Shown here: positions 17,909 through 23,629 of the stretch, in pieces | Layout of the letters: every line of letters starts with the position of its first letter | How positions within the stretch are numbered: the stretch's first letter is position 1 | Source of the DNA: Armatimonadota bacterium | Lineage (GTDB): Bacteria; Armatimonadota; Armatimonadia; Armatimonadales; Armatimonadaceae | NCBI GenBank assembly: GCA_043754515.1 | Contig: JAYUUO010000272.1 | Coordinates: forward strand, 1 to 23,629 | DNA: 23,629 bases | Reading direction: 5' to 3' | Notes under the pieces: generated by a model | What the model was told of the DNA's origin: nothing | What the model saw: the letters and a program-made list of their open reading frames with translations, nothing else | The model's database searches: none | Translations under genes and position numbers: made by a program

Positions 17909-19381
17909 TTAGTGCGCCTCTCGGGTCCCGGTTGCGGTCGCCGAAACCGGCACCCCGTCGCCCGCCCCGTCCTGACCGTTGCCGTTGTGCGAGCCGCCGT
18001 GACCGCGCCCGGTGTAGCGGTAGAACAGATCCTTGTTCTCGAAGATGTTGATCATCGGGACGAACTTGATGAACAGGAAGAGCAAGAACGTAAACAGCCC
18101 CATCGTACCGATAAACAGGCCCCAGTCCCATACTGTCGGCTTGTACATGCCCCACGAGGACGGCACGAAGTCGCGGGACAGCGAGATCGGGATGATCACG
18201 AACCGCTCCAGCCACATGCCGATGTTCACCGCCATCGAGACAAACAGCAGACTGTAGATGTTGCGCCGCGCCTGCGGGATCCAGTACAACTGCGGGATGA
18301 ACCCGTTGCACAGGAGCAGGGTGTAGTAATACCACTTGTACGGCCCGAACAGGCGGTTGTTGACGAGTGCCAGCTCGAACGTGTTGCCCGAGTACCAGCC
18401 GTAGAACATTTCCAGGATATAGCCGTAGAACACGATCAGCCCGGTGAACAGCGTGAACTTCGCCATCCAGTCGAGGTGCTTCTCGGTAATGAAGTCTTCC
18501 AACCCGTACAGTTTGCGGAGCGGGATGCCGAACGTCAGCACCATCGCGAACCCGGCGAAAACCGCGCCCGCCACGAAGTACGGCGGGAAAATCGTGGTGT
18601 GCCAGCCGGGGACGATAGCCACGGCGAAGTCGAACGACACAATGGTGTGTACCGAAAGCACCAGCGGGAACGACAACCCCGCCAGGATGTTAACCGCCTC
18701 CTCGTAGCGCGACCAGTGCTTCGCCGAGCCACGCCAGCCCATACAGGCAAGCCCGTACAACTGCTTCGCGATAGGCGACTTGGACTTGTCGCGGATCGTC
18801 GCGAGGTCGGGGATCATGCCGATAAACCAGAAGATGATCGAGATCAGCGCGTAGGTCGAAATCGCGAACACGTCCCACATCAGCGGCGAGCGGAACTGCG
18901 GCCACATGGCAAGAATGTTCGGGTAGAAGAACATCCAGTAGTCCACCCAGGGGCGGCCCGTGTGCAGGAGCGGGAACAGACCGGCGCACACGACGGCGAA
19001 GATCGTCATCGCCTCGGCGAACCGGTTGATACTCATGCGCCACTCCTGACGCATCAGGAGCAGAACGGCGGAGATCAGGGTGCCGGCGTGGCCGATGCCG
19101 ATCCACCACACGAAGTTAATGATGTCGAACGCCCACGCGACCGGCTGGTTGTTCCCCCAAATGCCGGTGCCACGCAGAACGAGCCAGGTGATGGACATCA
19201 GCAGGAGGTTGACGCCCATGAACGCGACCAGCGTGGTCAAAATCCACTGGATCGGCGGGCGCGGCGACAGCACGACCTTCCCGATCACGTCAGTGATCGA
19301 GCTGTAGCTCTGCTTCCCATCAAGGAAGACCTGCTTCGGCGGGCGCGCCGACTTCGGGGTAACGTTTGTGATTATCGCCAT
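17909..19381 (-). CDS. actC: Alternative complex III subunit C (NrfD/PsrC family)
   Basis: NFVWWIGIGHAGTLISA, RFAEAMT, HTGRPW, SPLMWDVFA, HTIVSFDFA, GWHTTIFPPYFVAGA, WLERF. Confidence 0.96.
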   Translation of the reverse strand: MAIITNVTPKSARPPKQVFLDGKQSYSSITDVIGKVVLSPRPPIQWILTTLVAFMGVNLLLMSITWLVLRGTGIWGNNQPVAWAFDIINFVWWIGIGHAGTLISAVLLLMRQEWRMSINRFAEAMTIFAVVCAGLFPLLHTGRPWVDYWMFFYPNILAMWPQFRSPLMWDVFAISTYALISIIFWFIGMIPDLATIRDKSKSPIAKQLYGLACMGWRGSAKHWSRYEEAVNILAGLSFPLVLSVHTIVSFDFAVAIVPGWHTTIFPPYFVAGAVFAGFAMVLTFGIPLRKLYGLEDFITEKHLDWMAKFTLFTGLIVFYGYILEMFYGWYSGNTFELALVNNRLFGPYKWYYYTLLLCNGFIPQLYWIPQARRNIYSLLFVSMAVNIGMWLERFVIIPISLSRDFVPSSWGMYKPTVWDWGLFIGTMGLFTFLLFLFIKFVPMINIFENKDLFYRYTGRGHGGSHNGNGQDGAGDGVPVSATATGTREAH

Positions 19382-19394
19382 GTTCGTTCGGGTT

Positions 19395-22300
19395 CTATCC
19401 GTGTGCCGTCTCGGAGGTTGCGCGGCGGATCGCCGGGTTCAGGTTCTTGATCTTCGCAAGGTACGTCGTGCGCGGGCGCGTGTTCAGTTCCGCGAGCAAC
19501 CCGTAGTCGTGCGGCTGCCGCTTGAGCTTCGACACCTTCGAGTTAGGGTCGTTCAGGTCACCGAACACGATCGCGTTGGTCGGGCAGACCTGCTGGCAGG
19601 CGGTAATGATCTCGCCGTCCTGGATCTCACGCCCTTCCTTCTTCGCCTTGATGCGCACCGAGTTGATGCGCTGGGTACAGTACGAACACTTCTCCATCAC
19701 ACCGCGCCCTCGTACCGTCACTTCCGGGTTGGTCACAAGCTTCAGCACCGGCAGGTCGAAGAAGTTCAGCGTCCCCTTACCGCCCCAGCCCGCCGTCCAC
19801 TTCAGGAAGTTGAAGCGGCGCACCTTGTATGGGCAGTTGTTAGAGCAGTAGCGGGTCCCGACGCACCGGTTGTAGATCATCTGGTTTAGACCCTCGTGCG
19901 AGTGGATCGTCGCCGCGACCGGGCAGACCGGCTCGCACGGTGCCTTCTCGCAGTGCATACACGCGACCGGCATGAAATACGACTCCACCGTAGACGGGTC
20001 TTGTAGCCCGATGGCATCGGCGGCGTTCGTGCTGAAGTAATGGTCAATGCGTAGCCAGTGCATCGCCCGACCGCGCCCGACCTGCTCCTTGCCGACGGTA
20101 GGGATGTTGTTCTCGGCCTGACACGCAATGGTACACGCGTTGCACCCCATGCACGTCGTCAGGTCAATGTTCATAGACCAGGCGTTGAAGTCCGACTTGC
20201 TGAACTCCGGGTACAGCGAGACATTCCCCTCCGGGTTGGTGATCGTGCGCTCCGCCCCGCTCCGGTCCGAATACTTCCAGATCTGCCGTCCCTCGAAGCC
20301 GGGGATCGGCAATCCCTTGTCGGCGATGATATCCGGCCCGTGTTTCGGGTCGGTCGGGAGCGACTCGGCCCCCTCCTTCGCCGCCGCGCCGCCGTTCGTC
20401 TCCTGATCGGAGTGCCCCGCGTTGCCGGAGCCGTACGCCTCCGTCACGCCGCCGCCGCCGCGTTCGCTCTCGGGACCAACACGGCCCTTCCTCGTCACAT
20501 ACTCCGCGAGGCTCGCGTGGCGCACGATGTCTCGGTCCTCGGTCTCCTTGATGTCAATGCCGCGCATCATGTGCTGCGCCTGCGTCGCCGCGATCCGGTA
20601 GTCGCCGAACGCGTCCACGGAGTTGCCGTTGGTCGCGTCACCGACGACGTTTAGCGAGTCACCGATCGGGTTCCACTTAACGCGCTTGCCTTTTACGCCG
20701 ACCGCGAAGTTCATGCTCTTCGACGTGCGGAGCGGGTACACATTCTGCCCCACATTATCGCCGACCGCGCCGACCTTCGTGCGCCCGAAACCGAGTGAGA
20801 GCGTCACCGTGTCATTCGGCTGACCCGGCAGAATCCAGACCGGGAGTGAGATCCCGTCATAGCCCAGCTTGCGGCTCGCGTCGCGGAACCCGTCTCTGAG
20901 CGACTGCGGCATGTCGGCTGTCGTCAGCGCGATCACCGCCTTGCCGGAAATCTTCGCGGCGTTCTCGGCGTCCGAGTGCCCGTCCGTCGGCACCGCGCCC
21001 ATCTTCATGGCCGTCGCCGGGGAAACGACCGCGACGTTGTCCCATGTCACCGTGGTCACCGGGCGCGGCAACTCCATCAGCCAGGAGTTGTTGGCGTAGC
21101 GACCGTCCCAGACGTGCGGGTCGGGCCGGAACGCGATCTCTATGCCAGGAACGGCGGTCGGCACCGGCAGACCCGCGACCGCCGCCGTGTTAACGCGGAC
21201 ACCGGTCAGCGGAGGCGACGCTGTATCCGGCACTACGCCCGCGATCAGCGTCTCCTGCCACCATTTGTCGAAGTTGTCCCCGCCGTCCGGCGCGTACATC
21301 CCGCGCAGGATGTCATAACCCAGACGCGGCTCGTCCAGGAACTCTGCGAGCAGTTCGATGTCGGATTTGTTGCCGTCGTAGAGCGGCGCGATCAGCGGCT
21401 GGATCAGGGAAGTCGTGCCGTCGAAGGCGCGCGCGTCGCCCCAGGACTCAAGCGCGTGCGTCGCCGGTATATGCCAGGAGACAAGTTCCGACGTCTCGTC
21501 CTGGTACAGGCCGAGGTGGATCGAGTTCTTGACCTTCTTCAGGGCGTCGGGGAAGCCGAGGTCGGCGGGCGCGTCGTACACCGGGTTGCCGCTCAGGACA
21601 AGGAGCGTGCTCACCCCACCCGCGTTGATGGCTGTGATTAGTTCCGTGAGCGACGCGACATGCCCGAGTGGCGACGTCTCAACCGGGGCGGTGTAGGTAA
21701 CCGTTTTGCCGACCGCGCCGAGTGCCTCGTTGATCGCCATCGCGTAGGCGTGAACGGCGGGCGACGCCTCCTCGCCGGGAACAACGACCGCGCCGGGGCC
21801 CGCCTTCATGTCGGCGACCATCTCGGCCAGCCAGGTGACCGGCTGCGCGGTGGTCGCGCTACCGCTCGCGACGCTCTCGTACAGAGCGCGGGCGACCAGT
21901 TCCACTTCGCTCGGTTTGACCGGGAAGCGGTGGTCCGACGATGCGCCGGTGGTCGTCGTACTCGACTCGATCACATACAGACGGTTCATCGCGGCGTTGT
22001 CTGCACCGCGCACGCGCCGACCATCCGCCCAGTCACGCGCGTAGCGGATGTTGCCGGGCATGGTCTTGAAAATATCGGCGTCGAGCGACACGATCACACG
22101 GGCGTCGCGCAGATGATAGACCGGGTTCACCGGACGACCCAGCGCGACAGTTCCCCCGGCGTACACGTTGTCGCGGTTCAGCGGATCGTAGGCGTGCCAG
22201 ACAGCGCCGGGGTGCTTGATCAGCAGGGCGTTGATCTGCGTCGTCATCGTCGGAGACGTCACCGCGCCGGTCAGAATCCGCAAGCCGCCGTTTGCCCACT

Positions 22301-22838
22301 CCGGGCGGATCTTGCGCAGGGTATCGGTCAGTTCATTCCAGCCAGACACCTCGCCATTGTGGACGAGGCTCTGCGAACGGTCAGGGTCGTACATATTCAG
22401 CAGTTCGGCCTGCTCGAACACGTCGGTCGCGCCGAGCGACGCCGGGTGGCTCGGGTTGCCCTCGATCTTGATCGGGCGGCCCTCGTACTGCTTGGCAAGC
22501 ACGCCGATCCCGTAGCCGTTGCGGGTCAGGGTCGTGGCATACGCGAGCTGGATGCCCGACACCAGATCCTCGGGGGCGCGGACATACGGCACCGCCTTCG
22601 TCTGCGGCAGGATGCGGCAACCGGTCAGCCCGGCGAGCGCGAGCGCGGCACCGCCGACTTTAAGGAACTGACGCCGGTCAATGTTGAGCAGGTCCAGCCG
22701 GTTCGGGAACTCGTCCTCGACCCACTTGTGGAACTCCTCGGTCTCGGCGAGTTCTTCGATGGAACGCCAGAGGAGGCGGCCGCTCTTGCCCGCCAACTTC
22801 TCCCGCATCCCCTCAATCATGGTTTCGTTATCGCTCAT
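19395..22838 (-). CDS. actB: Alternative complex III subunit B (molybdopterin-oxidoreductase-like + Fe-S domain)
   Basis: WRSIEEL leader, Tat motif RRQFLK, GRPIKIEGNPSHP; Fe-S motifs CMGCNACTIAC, CMHCEKAPCEPVCP, CVGTRYCSNNCP, CSYC...CQQVCP. Confidence 0.96.
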   Translation of the reverse strand: MSDNETMIEGMREKLAGKSGRLLWRSIEELAETEEFHKWVEDEFPNRLDLLNIDRRQFLKVGGAALALAGLTGCRILPQTKAVPYVRAPEDLVSGIQLAYATTLTRNGYGIGVLAKQYEGRPIKIEGNPSHPASLGATDVFEQAELLNMYDPDRSQSLVHNGEVSGWNELTDTLRKIRPEWANGGLRILTGAVTSPTMTTQINALLIKHPGAVWHAYDPLNRDNVYAGGTVALGRPVNPVYHLRDARVIVSLDADIFKTMPGNIRYARDWADGRRVRGADNAAMNRLYVIESSTTTTGASSDHRFPVKPSEVELVARALYESVASGSATTAQPVTWLAEMVADMKAGPGAVVVPGEEASPAVHAYAMAINEALGAVGKTVTYTAPVETSPLGHVASLTELITAINAGGVSTLLVLSGNPVYDAPADLGFPDALKKVKNSIHLGLYQDETSELVSWHIPATHALESWGDARAFDGTTSLIQPLIAPLYDGNKSDIELLAEFLDEPRLGYDILRGMYAPDGGDNFDKWWQETLIAGVVPDTASPPLTGVRVNTAAVAGLPVPTAVPGIEIAFRPDPHVWDGRYANNSWLMELPRPVTTVTWDNVAVVSPATAMKMGAVPTDGHSDAENAAKISGKAVIALTTADMPQSLRDGFRDASRKLGYDGISLPVWILPGQPNDTVTLSLGFGRTKVGAVGDNVGQNVYPLRTSKSMNFAVGVKGKRVKWNPIGDSLNVVGDATNGNSVDAFGDYRIAATQAQHMMRGIDIKETEDRDIVRHASLAEYVTRKGRVGPESERGGGGVTEAYGSGNAGHSDQETNGGAAAKEGAESLPTDPKHGPDIIADKGLPIPGFEGRQIWKYSDRSGAERTITNPEGNVSLYPEFSKSDFNAWSMNIDLTTCMGCNACTIACQAENNIPTVGKEQVGRGRAMHWLRIDHYFSTNAADAIGLQDPSTVESYFMPVACMHCEKAPCEPVCPVAATIHSHEGLNQMIYNRCVGTRYCSNNCPYKVRRFNFLKWTAGWGGKGTLNFFDLPVLKLVTNPEVTVRGRGVMEKCSYCTQRINSVRIKAKKEGREIQDGEIITACQQVCPTNAIVFGDLNDPNSKVSKLKRQPHDYGLLAELNTRPRTTYLAKIKNLNPAIRRATSETAHG

Positions 22839-22951
22839 AGGTGTGTTTAGGTGTTCGTATCGCGGGCCGCGCCCGCGCCCATCGTCCGCTCAAGACCGCC
22901 GGTAGGATACCCGACCGCGCGAGCCTGACGTACAGGCCCGCGCAAGCCGTT

Positions 22952-23629
22952 CTAGCGGTGGCAGATCGAGCAGTCGGAAAGTTGCGCCTTCTTGACGTGG
23001 TACTTCTGTAGCCACTCCTCGCCCTTTTTCAGCTCTTCCGGGGTGCGCTTGTACTGGATGCCCTTCGCGAGCGACGCCTCTTCGGGCGTCAACTCGTCGC
23101 CGCGCTGGATCTTCTGGTACAGTTCCCAGACGAATTTTTGGTCGCCGACGTAGTTCTCGGGGTTGCGGTGGCATTCGAGGCACCAGCGCATCTGGAACGA
23201 GTTGCCTTTGTACACCATCTGCATCGCTTGAATCGGCCCGTGACAGTTGTTACAAGAAATGCCGCGCTTGATGTGGATGCTGTGGTTGAAATAGACGAAG
23301 TCCGGCACCTTGTTGAGCACGGTCCACTTGAGCGGCACGTTCTTGACATACGACTCGCGGATCGGCTCCATGAGCGGGGAGTTCGTCCATACCTGCGAGT
23401 GGCAGGACATACAGGTGTGGGTCGCCGGATAGCCCGCCTGCGCCGACTTCGCCACCGACGTGTGGCAGTACCGGCAGTCAATACCAAGTTCGTTGACGTG
23501 ATGTTCGTGTGAGAACGGTACCGGCTGCTCATAGGCGACGCCGACTTTGGTCACGTAGCCGGAACGCGTGAACTCCGACATTCCGAGGATGAGACCGAAC
23601 GGCACGACCGCCCCCGCGAGCAGGCTGAG
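22952..23629 (-). CDS. actA: Alternative complex III pentaheme cytochrome c subunit A (5' end outside window)
   Basis: QPVPFSHEHH and five CxxCH motifs (CRYCH, CMSCH, CNNCH, CLECH, CSICH). Frame stays open to the window edge. Confidence 0.95.
   Translation of the reverse strand, partial: LSLLAGAVVPFGLILGMSEFTRSGYVTKVGVAYEQPVPFSHEHHVNELGIDCRYCHTSVAKSAQAGYPATHTCMSCHSQVWTNSPLMEPIRESYVKNVPLKWTVLNKVPDFVYFNHSIHIKRGISCNNCHGPIQAMQMVYKGNSFQMRWCLECHRNPENYVGDQKFVWELYQKIQRGDELTPEEASLAKGIQYKRTPEELKKGEEWLQKYHVKKAQLSDCSICHR

Noticed and set aside
17786..22850. Long + strand ORFs (554 aa, 396 aa and others)
   Set aside because: Antisense shadows of actC/actB, with the typical V/H/R/D-rich composition.

Overview
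The window has two parts. Part 1 (564-8531) is a ~7.9 kb integrative element inserted in the 3' half of a minus-strand tRNA-Val(GAC) gene. A 47-bp imperfect direct repeat with a 23-bp identical core bounds it (564-610 / 8460-8506). It encodes a tyrosine integrase and a divergent control region with a ribbon-helix-helix (RHH) operon on one side and SWIM zinc finger plus Mu-Gam-like genes on the other. It also carries an HExxH (ImmA/IrrE-like) metallopeptidase, several orphans, and two genes each broken by a single nonsense codon: a Gly-rich PEP-CTERM surface protein and an antitoxin-like gene. No capsid, replication or conjugation genes are recognisable. Left of the element, a membrane-anchored helical ORF runs off the window edge. 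Part 2 (8986-23629, minus strand) is a core respiratory operon: alternative complex III (actA partial, actBCDEF, actG-like), then SCO and a caa3-type, A2-family heme-copper oxidase (coxBACD). In this oxidase all three canonical Mg/Mn-site ligands are replaced. High GC, PEP-CTERM and this operon layout would fit an Armatimonadota/Acidobacteriota-like host (inference only). All family assignments come from motif recognition by eye; no searches were run.
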